In this document: positions 1 through 13,079 of the stretch, in pieces
How positions within the stretch are numbered: position 1 is the first letter of the stretch
Layout: each line of letters opens with the position of its first letter
NCBI GenBank assembly: GCA_951406725.2
Contig: OX597830.1
Coordinates: 30,194,001 to 30,258,000 of the forward strand
Length of the DNA stretch: 64,000 nucleotides
Direction of reading: 5' to 3'
From: Octopus vulgaris
Lineage: Eukaryota
Notes under the pieces: generated by a model
The model's database searches: none
What the model was told of the DNA's origin: nothing
Seen by the model: only the letters and a program-made list of their open reading frames with translations
Program-made: the position numbers and the translations under genes

Positions 1-165
1 TGCCTGTATGTATGTATGTATGCATGTTTGTATGCATGAATGTAGGTATGGATATATATATGTATGTATATATTTGTGTGTATGTGTGTATATATGTCTA
101 CATATATATCTATAGTTATACACACAGGTAGACATGCATACATACATACACACACATATATAAAT

Positions 166-208
<43 letters not shown>

Positions 209-344
209 CATACATACATACATACATACATACATACATACGTACATACATACATAGATATACATGAACATATACATACACACACACATACATATATAAA
301 TATGTATACATGCAAATTTATTCATATGCATATATTTGTATGTT

Positions 345-730
345 TGGAGGAACAATGGTCCAGTGATTAGGGTAGCAAACTCGCAGTCGTAGGATCGCGG
401 TTTCGATACCCAGACCGGCAGTTGTGGGTGTTTAATGAGCGAAAACACCTAAAGCTCCACGAGACTCCGGCAGGGGATGGTGCCGAATCCTGCTATACTC
501 CTTCGTTACAACTTTCTCTCACCGTTCTTTCCTGATTCTGTTGTGCCCTTATTTCAAAGGGCCAGCCTTGTCACACACTGTGTCACGCTGAATCATGAAT
601 CATCTTGAGAACTACGTTAAGGGTACACATGTCTGTGGAGTACTCAGCCACTTGCACGTTAATTTCACGAGCAGGCTGTTTCGTGGATTAGATCAACTGG
701 AACCCTCGTCGTTGTAACCGACGGAGTGCC
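345..730 (+). mobile_element. tRNA-related SINE, group A (full length)
   Basis: tRNA-like head (TGGAGG..CAATGG..AGTG..GGTTTCGATACCC); body and tail match the inverted copy at 33279-33664. Confidence 0.85.
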
Positions 731-809
731 ACGATGATATTTGTATGTATGTTCATCTATGTGTATGTGTGTGCGCGCGCGCTTCATCTTACGTCATCTA
801 TATGCATGT

Positions 810-1279
810 ATTCTCGAAAGAGTCCAGAAGCTGGCTACCTGCATGGTTCTTGGTCTCAAGAATTTGTCTTATGAAGACCGGTTGAAGACGCTCGAACTTT
901 ATTCTCAAGAAAAACGACGACACCGTAGTGATCTCATTCTTGCTCACAACATCATAAGCGGAAGGTTTAACCTCTCGAAAGAGCTGTTCTTCACTCCTGC
1001 TCCAGAGCGTCGGCTGCAGGGTCACTCCGAAAAGCTCTATCTGCGTCGATTTCATCTCAATCGAAGGAGAGGGGCTTTCTCCGTCCGGGTTGCGGATCCG
1101 TGGAATAAGCTGCCGGACGAGATGGTGAAGATGTCGACGACCGCTCGGTTCAAAGTCTCCCTTGACCACAAGTGGCCTGAACTCTTTACATGAACGTCAC
1201 CCTGTACATAACTCCATGTCCCCCTACATGGCCTTGTCTTTGCTTTTTGAGCCCAAAATTAACTAACTAACTAACTAAC
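810..1279 (+). mobile_element. 5'-truncated CR1/L2-group LINE 3' end (ORF2 C-terminus plus tail)
   Basis: LERVQKLAT..LSYEDRL..L.LYS.EKRR.RSDLI..QGHSEKL..RRGAFSVRVADPWNKLP motif series, short 3' UTR and (AACT)n tail. Confidence 0.85.
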
Positions 1280-1370
1280 ATACGATGTATATGTAATTCA
1301 TACAGAAATATTTGCTTTAACAAATATACACATAGTTATAAATACATACATACATAAAGATATGTGCCTA

Positions 1371-1847
<477 letters not shown>

Positions 1848-2506
1848 TATTTCTTTATTGCCCACAGGGGGTCAAACACAGAGGGAACAAACAAGGACAG
1901 ATAAAGGGATTAAAACGATTACATCGAACCCAGTGCGTAACTGGCACTTGATTTTTCGACCCCGAAAGGATGAAAAGCAAAATCGACCTCGGCGGAATTT
2001 GAACTCAGAACGTAGCAGCAGACGAAATACCTATTTCTTTATTACTCACAGGAGGCTAAACATAGAAGGGACAAACAAGGACAGACATAGGTATTAAGTC
2101 GATTACATCGAACCCAGTGCGTAAGTGGTACTTAATTTAGGCGGTGAGCTGGCAGAAATGTTAGCACGCCGTGCAAAATGCGTAGCCGTATTTCGTCTGC
2201 CGCTACGTTCTGAGTTCAAATTCCGCTGAGGTCGACTTTGCCTTTCATCCTTTCGGGGTCGATTAAGTAAGTACCAGTTACGCACTGGGGTCGATATAAT
2301 CGACTTAATCCGTTTGTCTGTCCTTGTTTGTCCCCTCTATGTTTAGCCCCTTGTGGGTAGTAAAGAAATAGGTACTTAATTTATCGACCCCGAAAGGATG
2401 AAAGACAAAGTCGACCTCGGCGGAATTCGAACTCAGAACGTAGCGACAGGCAAAATACCGCTAAGCGTTTCGTGCGGCGTGCTAACGTTTCTGCCAGCTC
2501 GCCGCC
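1848..2506 (-). mobile_element. SINE group C tandem copies interrupted by a + strand copy (2140-2370)
   Basis: GTCGACTTTGCCTTTCATCCTTTCGGGGTCGA (Nin-domain-like) segment on both strands; 13-bp duplication GGTACTTAATTTA at 2127-2139 and 2371-2383. Confidence 0.85.
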
Positions 2507-2766
2507 CTAACATATATATATACAGTCAAATTGAAAATTAGAAATAATGAATAACAAGACCCCAAAAGGACGTACATATGGAGTGAATATAATTGTTTGA
2601 CGTTCAGTAAAGGTGGGAAAAAGAATGGGCTTTCTTTTTACCTTACGAGCATAATTCTTCGCCAGAAAGAGGAGAAAGGAAAGAACCAGAGAAGGAAAAA
2701 ATCTCCAGGAAACTTATGCATGTAGTGACATATATATATTTATGTATATATCTATATATATGTGTT

Positions 2767-2835
<69 letters not shown>

Positions 2836-3007
2836 ACATATAGGGAGTGAGGGAGAGACAGACCGAGAGAGAGAGAGAGAGAGAGAGAGATTCATAAATG
2901 CGTAAATATGTGTAAATATTAGCGAAAAGAAGGAAAGATTTTCGTTTATGTAAGTGCTCGTGCTTTTTAGTATGACTGTATGCTTATGAATATTTACATG
3001 TGAATTT

Positions 3008-3046
3008 ATGATAATAATAATAATAATAATAATAATGATAATAATG

Positions 3047-3129
<83 letters not shown>

Positions 3130-3150
3130 AAAAATAATAATAATAATAAC
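3008..3150. repeat. (AAT)n microsatellite
   Basis: Direct reading. Confidence 0.95.
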
Positions 3151-3624
3151 AATGGAAGTGAATTTTATAATCCGGACGTTTGTATTCAGAAGTAGTATAA
3201 AAGAAACATTCAGAAAACTCGAACAAATGCACAGAAGCATGCATGCGTGTGTGCGTTTGTTCACCAAATTGTGTGTGTGAGTGTGTGTGTATGTGTGTGT
3301 GTGTGTGTGTTCGTGTTCATGTGTGTGTGTGTTTTCGTGTTCATGTGTGTGTGTGTTCGTGTTCATGTGTGTGTGTGTGCGTGTGTCTGTGTGTGTTTAC
3401 GTGTGCGTGTGTGCGAGCACCTCTTCTTGTTGTAAAGACAAATAACACCAATATCTTTGCTGCAACGTCAAGATTGGTATGTATGTCTGTAGGTGAATAT
3501 GCATTTGTGTATGTATGTATCTATCTATCTCTATATATATGTACATATATACACATATATAAGTGCATATATATCTATCTATATATATATAGGAGTATAG
3601 CAGGAGTATATATATTTGTGTATG

Positions 3625-3710
<86 letters not shown>

Positions 3711-3719
3711 ATGTTCAAT

Positions 3720-3900
3720 CTTGTACCTGTTTCAGTCATTAGGCTGCGAACATGCTGGAGCACCGCCTTGAATTTTTAGTCGAGTGAATCGACCCTCAGT
3801 ACTTATTTTTTAAGCCTGCTACTTATTCTAGCGGTCTCTTTGGTCGATCCACTAAGTTACGGGATGTAAACACACCAACCCCAGTTTCAAGTGATGATGG
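3720..3900 (-). mobile_element. SINE B 3' fragment
   Basis: GTTTCAGTCATT..CATGCTGGAGCACCGCC reverse tail. Confidence 0.75.
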
Positions 3901-4347
3901 GCGGACTTGTTTTGAGTTGAACTTTTCAGTAAATTTCTCGCATCTAATTTGAAGGAATTTTGAACTCTCGTAATAGTTTTTGGATGAAAGTTCCTAATAA
4001 TAATATACTAATCTGTTCTTTCATTCATTCGACGGAGACCTTGTTAGGTTCCAAACTTTAAAATACTTTTAGTTGACCAACCATGATTATTATATTAAGT
4101 CCCTTAATATTATTATATTAAGTCTGTTTGTTTCAACTAAGCAGCTACATTACTAGCCTAAACAGGTAGGTTACTCAGAAATAAACAGAACTACCCAGGT
4201 TGACGAGTGGTGTTAGACGAACTCAAATACTTCCATATATACACGGTTTCACATTCACACATACACGGACGCACAAACACAGACACATACACACACACAC
4301 ATACACAATCGCCCGCGCGCATATATGTATATATCTATATCATCAAA

Positions 4348-4607
4348 GTGGAAGCGCGTGGCTTGATGGTTAGGGTGTTGAACTCATGATCGTAAGGTTG
4401 TGCTTTCGATTCCTGGACCGAGCGATGCCTTGTGCTCTTAAGGAAAGCACTTCATTTCACGTTGCTCCAGTCCACTCAGCTGGCAAAAATGAGTAACGCT
4501 GCGACGGACCGACGTCCCGTCCAGATGGGGAATTTCTACGCCACTGAAACCGGGAAACCGGCCCTTATGAACCTGGCATGACTCGAGAAGGAACATTTTT
4601 TTGCTTT
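4348..4607 (+). mobile_element. SINE group A variant (A2 body, alternative tail)
   Basis: tRNA-like head, GCTCCAGTCCACTCAGCTGGCAAAAATGAGTA body, flanked by TATATCATC(C)AAA duplication. Confidence 0.8.
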
Positions 4608-5221
4608 TATATCATCCAAATAAGATGACACGAAGATTTTATCACTTCTTTAATGACCAGTTAAAATTGTTTCTTTACCAAGTCAGTTTTTAATGCCAAA
4701 GATCCATAAGAAAAGTTACATAGAGTTTGCTGTCTTAAACATTAAAGCGGAACTTTGTCAGATTTGCATCAAAGGTGCACTCGTATATTGCGCCACTGTA
4801 AAACGGAACCTTTCCTGTAAGTCTGACGAAGTGCTCTTTAATGTTCAAAACTGCACATATGTAACTTTTCATGCGGATTTTTGGCGTAACAAACAAATTT
4901 GGTACAGAAACAATTGTAACTGGTAATTAAAGATGTGATAAACTCTGTATTTTCTTATCTGGATTATTATTCTACTTTTTGCAAAAAGCCTGCAATGGTT
5001 TTACTGATATGACACCTGGGTTTTCTTACGCCTGAAAGATTTCCATTTTTCTTAAAACTACAATTCAAGAGTGTAGATAACTTCAGGATTGAGTTGAGTG
5101 GAAATCCTCTATTTTTCTACCATTCACAGACTTTAATGCACACACATATATGCATACATTCATTACATGTACATATAAATACACACATATATCGACATAT
5201 ATATATGTGTGTGTATACATA

Positions 5222-5497
5222 TATAAAAAAAGCGTTGCCCTTTTCCAGCCTATCCAGGCTCATGGGCCCGGTTTCCCGTATGTGCTCCCCGCCATTCCAT
5301 CACAGCGTTACTCAAGAAACAGGAAGAGAGAATGAGAGAAAGTTGTGGCGAAAGAGTACAACAGGGGTCGCCACCACTCCCTGCCGGAGTCTCGTGGAGC
5401 TTTTAGGTGTTTTCGTTCAATATACATACACAACGACCAGTTTGTGAATCGAAACCGCGAGTTCGCTGCTCTAATCACTGGGCCACTGCACCTCCAC
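5222..5497 (-). mobile_element. Chimeric SINE A (A head/body with A2-type tail)
   Basis: Similarity to both 345-730 and 21662-21923; GTGTATACATA duplicated on both sides. Confidence 0.75.
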
Positions 5498-5749
5498 GTG
5501 TATACATACACATACACACGTATACACGCGTCGCACATACTCAAATATGTGTGTGGATGTAAGTATATGCGTATATGCGTATGGATGAATGTTAATATTC
5601 AGTTTTATTTCAAGATTTCTTGCCAATAAAGTTCCGGTTTCTAACTTAGATCCAAGACTCCTTCATTGGAATCTCATCAACATCAACAGGGTATGTATGT
5701 ATGTAAGTATGTATGTATGTATGTATGTATGTATGTATGCATGTGCAGA

Positions 5750-6200
5750 TTTACATGGTTTATGTATGTCTTCTCATGTTTATAATTGCATATCTAGGCA
5801 TGCTCATATACACTTAAATGATAAACCTCTGAAAAGTTTTACAAATGTTTTCAGTTCCAGTAATGGATGGGAGCTGTAGTCATCGAATCAGCTTTCTCCT
5901 TTCTGGTTTTTGAAAACCCTAATTTCTCAAGATTGGTTTTTAGGCAATGTGTTACCTATCCTAGTGCCACAATAATTACAGGTATAAACCTGAACTTGTC
6001 TGGATAGAGTAACAGCAGATTTCTAAATCGTCCAACGTAGGTATTCTCTTTTTCACTGATTCTCAGCTTTATGTTAACATCTGTTGGGCAGCTGATTTCC
6101 ACAACTGTACACAGTTTCTCTATTCTATCTGAAATCATTATATTAGGTCTGTTGTGCATACATTTTATAGAGGTTTTCCCTGGGACACTCTACAAGTACT
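5750..6200 (-). mobile_element. Non-LTR retrotransposon fragment with restriction-like endonuclease (R4/Dong/NeSL type), degenerate
   Basis: HNRPNIMI.D..CTVVEISCP.D.NI..KENTY..IPVIIVALG resembles the RPD..(E/D)..K RLE domain; lies between (TATG)n tracts. Confidence 0.75.
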
Positions 6201-6206
6201 CCTTTA

Positions 6207-6242
<36 letters not shown>

Positions 6243-6569
6243 TGTATGTATGTATGTATGTATGTATGTATGTACGTACGCATGTATGCATACGTATGTC
6301 GAAAACCCTCGGCAGAATACATATGTGTATTTGTGTATGTTTGTTTTTGTGTGTCTGGCTTTTGTTGAGTGTTAAATGCTAATCTGAAAGGAAATCTGAG
6401 AATAGAGTGAAATACTTCAGCTTCGATGCAAGCAAATGAATAAACTCCACTTAACGCTTTAGTACATCTTCTGTTATATATATGATTTCAGACAGACAGG
6501 TGCACGCATGTACATGGTCATACTCACACACACACACGTGTATGTGTGTGTGTTTGCATGCATATACAC

Positions 6570-6640
<71 letters not shown>

Positions 6641-6762
6641 CATACATACATAAATACATGTGGAAATAGATATCTGCGCCTATGTGTGTGTGGATGCTCC
6701 TTGATACAGATATGTCGAGAATGTATGACAATTACACGGTATGAACTGTATATATATATATA

Positions 6763-7130
<368 letters not shown>

Positions 7131-7221
7131 GTATATATACATATTTATATATATAAATACACAGACACACACAGACACACAGACAGACAGACAGACAGAC
7201 AGACACACACACACACACACA

Positions 7222-7299
<78 letters not shown>

Positions 7300-7305
<6 letters not shown>

Positions 7306-7636
7306 CTTCTTGTCCTGTCTTTTACTGTTTTTATTTGTATTGTTCTCACTGTCCTGTTCTTGTTACCACTTTTACCCCTCCGCAAAAAATCCCAAATTTT
7401 ATTTAATTTCATTTGCAGGAAGGGCTGTTTCAACGAAGTCTCGTTTTGCCCGTACCTTCGAAACGCAGAGTAGCCGAAACAGGGGCAACTGAAGAAGGGG
7501 AATATTCCTTGTGTGTTTTAAGTCTTGTATTCTGTTTTTTCGTTGTTTGAAAAAAAGTCCGTTTCCATGTTTTTGTTTTTATGTTTTCGTTTCTCATTGT
7601 GTTCCACGTTTTTGTTTTGTGTCCTGTACCCATATA

Positions 7637-7640
<4 letters not shown>
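7300..7640 (+). repeat. Dispersed element in (TA)n, related to 39810-40060
   Basis: Shared GAAACAGGG..CAACTGA.GA.GGGGAATATTC and GTCCTGTACCCATATATG end. Confidence 0.7.
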
Positions 7641-7696
<56 letters not shown>

Positions 7697-7783
7697 TATA
7701 TACATATAGATGTAGGTATGTACATATATATATATGTATATGTTTTATATATTATATAAGTATATATATACTTATATATATAT

Positions 7784-7814
<31 letters not shown>

Positions 7815-7946
7815 GTAAGGAAAGCAAGTTAATATACTTCATATAGTGATCTGTTTAACTTGCTCTCCCTATATTTACCTCTATACCAGCTCTTGAGCAC
7901 TACTAAGTGTATTCTATACGGATAACATTTGGATCTCATCTATGAA

Positions 7947-7989
<43 letters not shown>

Positions 7990-8600
7990 TACATACATAT
8001 ATGATTTCATAAGATAAATACAAGCAGAGAATCTTATTCACGATAAAGATCGTTTATTAAATTCATTTGTATATGTTTATACATTATGAAAACAACATCT
8101 TTTTTTTTTTTCACCCCCTTCTTTCAAGAGAGAGAAAAGCAAAACAATGCCTCGATATTCAGATGTCACAAAAACGTGTCTATTTTAGTATGCAAAAATG
8201 TCTCAGGTATTTGTGCATATATATTTGTATGTTAATGTAACCTTTGAAATAACTGGGTGTTATTGTTTATTTTTTCACGTATAGCTAAAAAAAAATTTTT
8301 TTTTCAGCGAATATACATGTATTTGTCTTCCTACGCGTGTATGTACGAGAGTGTTTGCATATTGATATACATATGTGTGTACGTCTTTATCTGCACAAAT
8401 ATACGCATGCATACGCTCGTGTATGCTCATGGAATATACAAGCATTACTGTGTGTTTATGCCAATGTGTGTATATACATAATAACAGCAATATAATCATT
8501 CTTTTTAAATTCTTTTTTTGATGCATGTCAAGTTATATATACGCGCAAACATACACATATGATTACGTATGCGTACATATATATATGCATATATGTATGG

Positions 8601-8644
<44 letters not shown>

Positions 8645-8667
8645 ATATTTATATATTATATATATAT

Positions 8668-8699
<32 letters not shown>

Positions 8700-8900
8700 G
8701 TATGTATGTATGTGTCTATGTATACACATATGGTTTCTTTTAAATAGCGTGATCATCATTGTAAGCATGCGGGTGTTTTCATTGGTCTTTTTCATTCGTG
8801 GGATTGTATTGAGTATGCAGATAATGAAAACATACAATGAAAATATATGTATGTATACGTAGGTTTATATGAATGTATGTAAATATATATATACATATAC

Positions 8901-8972
<72 letters not shown>

Positions 8973-9974
8973 TGTGTGTATGTGTACAGAGAGAAAGATA
9001 GAGAGACACGAAGAACGAAAAAGGAAAAAAAAGAATTACATACAAAGAACAGAACAGTTAATAATGGAGGGATAGGAAACGAGTGGAAGTGCAGAATTTA
9101 GAGAAAACGGTGAAGAAAAGTTACTCTCGATTCCTAAACAATTGCAAACACAAATAATAGGAAAGTTTGAAGTGAAAACTTTCTCTTCTTGTCTTGAAAT
9201 GTCATTTGAATAAGAGAGAAAAACTTTCTTGGAAAGTTTGTCAAATCTAAATATCACTGTGACGTGTTGGTATTGTACAATAGTGATTATGTGTTGGACG
9301 GTTCGTATTGTGTTCGCAACAACATGTTGATATAGTTGTCGTAGCTGTTGCTGATATTGTTTTTCTTCTATTTTTTTTTTGTTTGTTTTTGTTGCTATTT
9401 TTGACGAGCAGATCTAGGTTCAAAGCTATCTCGGTCGTGACCATGCCTGTTTTTTTATTTATTTATTTCTGATGTATAACTAACCCAGAACAAACTTATT
9501 CCTGTTCTCTTCTAAAACCGAAGGCTGTTACTTGGTTTACATTTGACTGCTGTTTCTCACAGATCAAGCCACCACATTCTCACATGCTCTCTCTCCGTTT
9601 CGAATATTGTTATTTTTATTGCAGTTGTCACTGTTGCTGTTTTTGTTGAAGTAGTTGTTATTACTACTACGATTGTTGCTGTTGTTTCTGGTGCTACTGT
9701 TGTTGTTTTTCTTGTTCTTCTTGTAGCTGTCTTCTTCTTCTTCTTCTTCTTGTCGTGCCCCCACTTCATTTTTGCTTGCTTTTGAACACTTTCTCTGCGG
9801 ACTACAATTCAATCTCTCCTCCGCCACGTCCTCTTTCTCTGTGGTGACATGCTTCCCTTTTTTGTGGTTTATCTATCTATCTATATATCTATCTATCTAG
9901 CTAGCTAGCTATCTATCTATCCTTCCTCTCTCTCTCTCTCTCTCTCTCTCTTCCCGTTTCTCTCTTTCTATCTG

Positions 9975-10140
9975 GCAGAAGTAGGAAGAAAGAGTGAGAG
10001 AAAGTTGTAGTGAAAGAGCTCAGCGAGGGTCACCCCCGTCGGAACTTAGGTGTTTTTGCTCAATAAACACTCACAATGCCCGGCCTGGGAATCGAAACCG
10101 TTCTTACGACCGCGAGTCCGGTGCCCTAACCACTGGGCTG
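9975..10140 (-). mobile_element. SINE A 5' fragment
   Basis: Matches 10437-10638 and 33480-33664. Confidence 0.75.
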
Positions 10141-10436
10141 TTGCTGCTGTTTTTGTTGAAGTAGTTGTTATTGCTATTACGAATGTTGCTGTTGTTTCTG
10201 GTGCTACTGTTGTCTTCTTTTTCTTCTTCTTCTTGTGGGTGGAACTTGAAGATCCACCCACCACACGCGATAGACTGGCGGCTGCACGGGCGCGAAAGTT
10301 ACGTTGTCATTCGGTAAACGCTGACTTATAACGGTTGGAGACATGAACCATCCTGGGGTACAGAGGATTCGCAATCTAGACTAGGGTCTGAAATTTTTAC
10401 CACGCCAGTGGGTTACACTATGGTTCCTCTGCTTTG

Positions 10437-10638
10437 TGGCAGAAGTAGGAAGAAAGAGTGAGAGAAAGTTGTGGTGAAAGCGTACAGCGGGGTTCACTAC
10501 CACCACCACCCCGCTGGAGCCTCGTGGAGCTTAGGTGTTTTGGCTCAATAAATAATCACAATGCCCGGTCTGGGAATCGAAACCGCGCTCTTACGACCGT
10601 GAGTCCGCTGCCCTAACCACTGGTCCATTGCGACTCCA
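10437..10638 (-). mobile_element. SINE A 5' fragment
   Basis: Reverse-complement tRNA-like head and body. Confidence 0.8.
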
Positions 10639-11815
10639 CTGTTGTAGCTGTTGCTTCTGCTGCTATTGTTTTGTTGTTGTCGTTGCTGCTTTTGCAGTCG
10701 TTGTTTATCCCAATACCTGCCTTGATATAGCGAAATTATTATATGATCACAGATAATTTACTTGGGAAGTACACGGGGGAAAATTGCATACTTGCACATA
10801 TTTTTGTTTAATTTTTGATAAGGTTAGTGAGTTTGTATAAGTTTTGGTTATTCTTTTTCGCAAAGTGAACTGCCGTGTAAAGTTCACGCCATCTTATGAT
10901 ATTTCATACACGGTCAATTCGTCTAAAATGACGATCGGGCTAACATGAACATCTCATTATTTAGGGACCCTATACGTAGCCGATCCGCTAGCTAGAAATA
11001 GCGAGTTTCAGCCTAATATTATATCCGAGATTTTTAAATATAAAGGGCTGAATTAGATTATTTGGTCTGTGATATACAAAAAGAGGAGCCTGTCACGTCG
11101 GAAGAACCTTTGGACATATAGCTGCTCGATAAAGGACTGAGCAGTGACCAGACTACACGAGAGCACATCACCATCATATACGAACAAGCTTCACGAACTA
11201 ATGAGATAGCTTCTACGTATTCGATAAAGATGACAGAAATATCAAACAAATCCTCCCCGAAATACACCCTTATAAAGTAAGCCTTCAATAACTTTGTACT
11301 GGATACACTGTCTGAAAATAAAAAAATTCTTAAAAAGCGGTTGATTACAGCTGAAATGTCTTTGAGCCTATATCTAAGATCCCTTTCTGTTCAGTCACAA
11401 TGAACAAAAAATAACGTCCTATATCTCCCGAATAATACCTCGATTTCTTGAAAAGACTGAACATTCAATGGCCAAAGAAAAGTATTACATACAATATGTC
11501 TGAAAAATATGAGAACTTCCAATCGCGTTAGGATTCATCTTTTTAACGCGAACTGACCACCAACTGCAGACATGCACATCTAGTAATCTCAGCGCTACTG
11601 CAGGGCTATTTTTTATTAGCTACTGATATAACTGTGTTTTGAACAAGATGCGTCCATAAGAGACATTATCTCCGGACGAATACCGCAGTAAATGTATTTT
11701 TTCGCCTCGTATTTACATCAAATATAATACGCAAATGACTACATATATATCCATTCGTGTATACATGTAATACGCACACGCACACACTTACAAATATACA
11801 CACACATACATGTAC

Positions 11816-11906
<91 letters not shown>

Positions 11907-11927
11907 ATAAATAGTAAATGATATGCA

Positions 11928-11977
<50 letters not shown>

Positions 11978-12060
11978 AAGGGTGAAAAGGAACACACGAG
12001 TTGATATATATGAAAAAACAAGTCAAAAATAGAAAATGCTAAAATAATTTTATAGTGAAC

Positions 12061-12106
12061 ATTTCAGTACCGGTTTCGGTCATTTTGAGACCTTTTCAAC
12101 TGTAAC
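12061..12106 (-). ncRNA. Type I hammerhead, U3:A8 core variant (mirror copy)
   Basis: Reverse complement of 12395-12440. Confidence 0.75.
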
Positions 12107-12394
12107 GATTAAATAATTAAATTTAGAAAAATTAGAAGAAAAGTTTTTTAAAGGAATATTTCTATAGTAGTGTTCAGATATAAGTGGCATTCTGCCTTTC
12201 TCTGACTCCCTTGTTTGCACTTGTGTGTTGGAGGTCCAACACACAAGTGCAACACAAGTGCAACGACCTCCAACACACAAGTGCAAACAAGGGAGTCAGA
12301 GAAAGGCAGAATGCCACTTATATCTGAACACTACTATAGAAATATTCCTTTAAAAACTTTTCTTCTAATTTTTCTAAATTTAATTATTTAATCG

Positions 12395-12440
12395 TTACAG
12401 TTGAAAAGGTCTCAAAATGACCGAAACCGGTACTGAAATG
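12395..12440 (+). ncRNA. Type I hammerhead, U3:A8 core variant
   Basis: CAG-TTGAAAA-GGTCtcaaaatGACC-GAAA-CCGG-TA-CTG; palindromic stem III ACCGGT. Confidence 0.75.
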
Positions 12441-12484
12441 TTCACTATAAAATTATTTTAGCATTTTCTATTTTTGACTTGTTT

Positions 12485-12544
<60 letters not shown>

Positions 12545-12641
12545 TATGAAAAAATATTCCAATGCAAATGTATTATTTTCCAGTAAAATAAAGTCCCATA
12601 AGGGTAGAAGCATAAATATAAATACAGATGAGTGGTACAAC

Positions 12642-13079
12642 AAGGCACCAATATTTGCTGGAAATAGCAGTCGATGCAAATACGACACTATTGTAAAGCT
12701 TCACTGCGTATATACTGGCAAAGACGTGTGAGTGCAACAAACATGAAAAATTTGTCTTACCTCCAGGAAGAACATTCGATAAATGGACAACCCAGTGTTG
12801 TATAATGTAGTGTATTGGCATTGATGTGGTAACATTTGAAATATTGTCTAGGTAAATGTTGCTGATGAAGACTGATCAGATTTACGTTGCTAAACGTACT
12901 TGAAGAGTCAGAAACCGGTCCGATTGTGAGTTGTCCATTTATCGAATGTTCTTCCTAGAGGTAAGACAAATTTTTCATGTTTGTTGCACTCACACGTTTT
13001 TGCCAGTATATACGCAGTGAAGCTTTATAATAGCGTCGTATTTGTATCGACTGCTATTTCCAGTAAATATTGGTGCCTT
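12642..13079. repeat. 150-bp inverted repeat with hammerhead in the loop
   Basis: Arms 12642-12791 and 12930-13079 with several mismatches. Confidence 0.9.
12858..12924 (+). ncRNA. Type I hammerhead with extended stem II
   Basis: GTTG-CTGATGA-aGACT..TACGTT..AACGTA..AGTCa-GAAA-CCGG-TC-CGAT; canonical GUC site. Confidence 0.8.

Larger units (their letters stand above)
11975..12497. mobile_element. PLE-derived palindromic element (about 233-bp arms), in (TA)n
   Basis: Arms about 12004-12236 and 12265-12497 differing by one homopolymer base; hammerhead motif in each arm. Confidence 0.8.

Noticed and set aside
4818-4860. CTGACGA followed by a weak hairpin
   Set aside because: No GAAA and no closing stems
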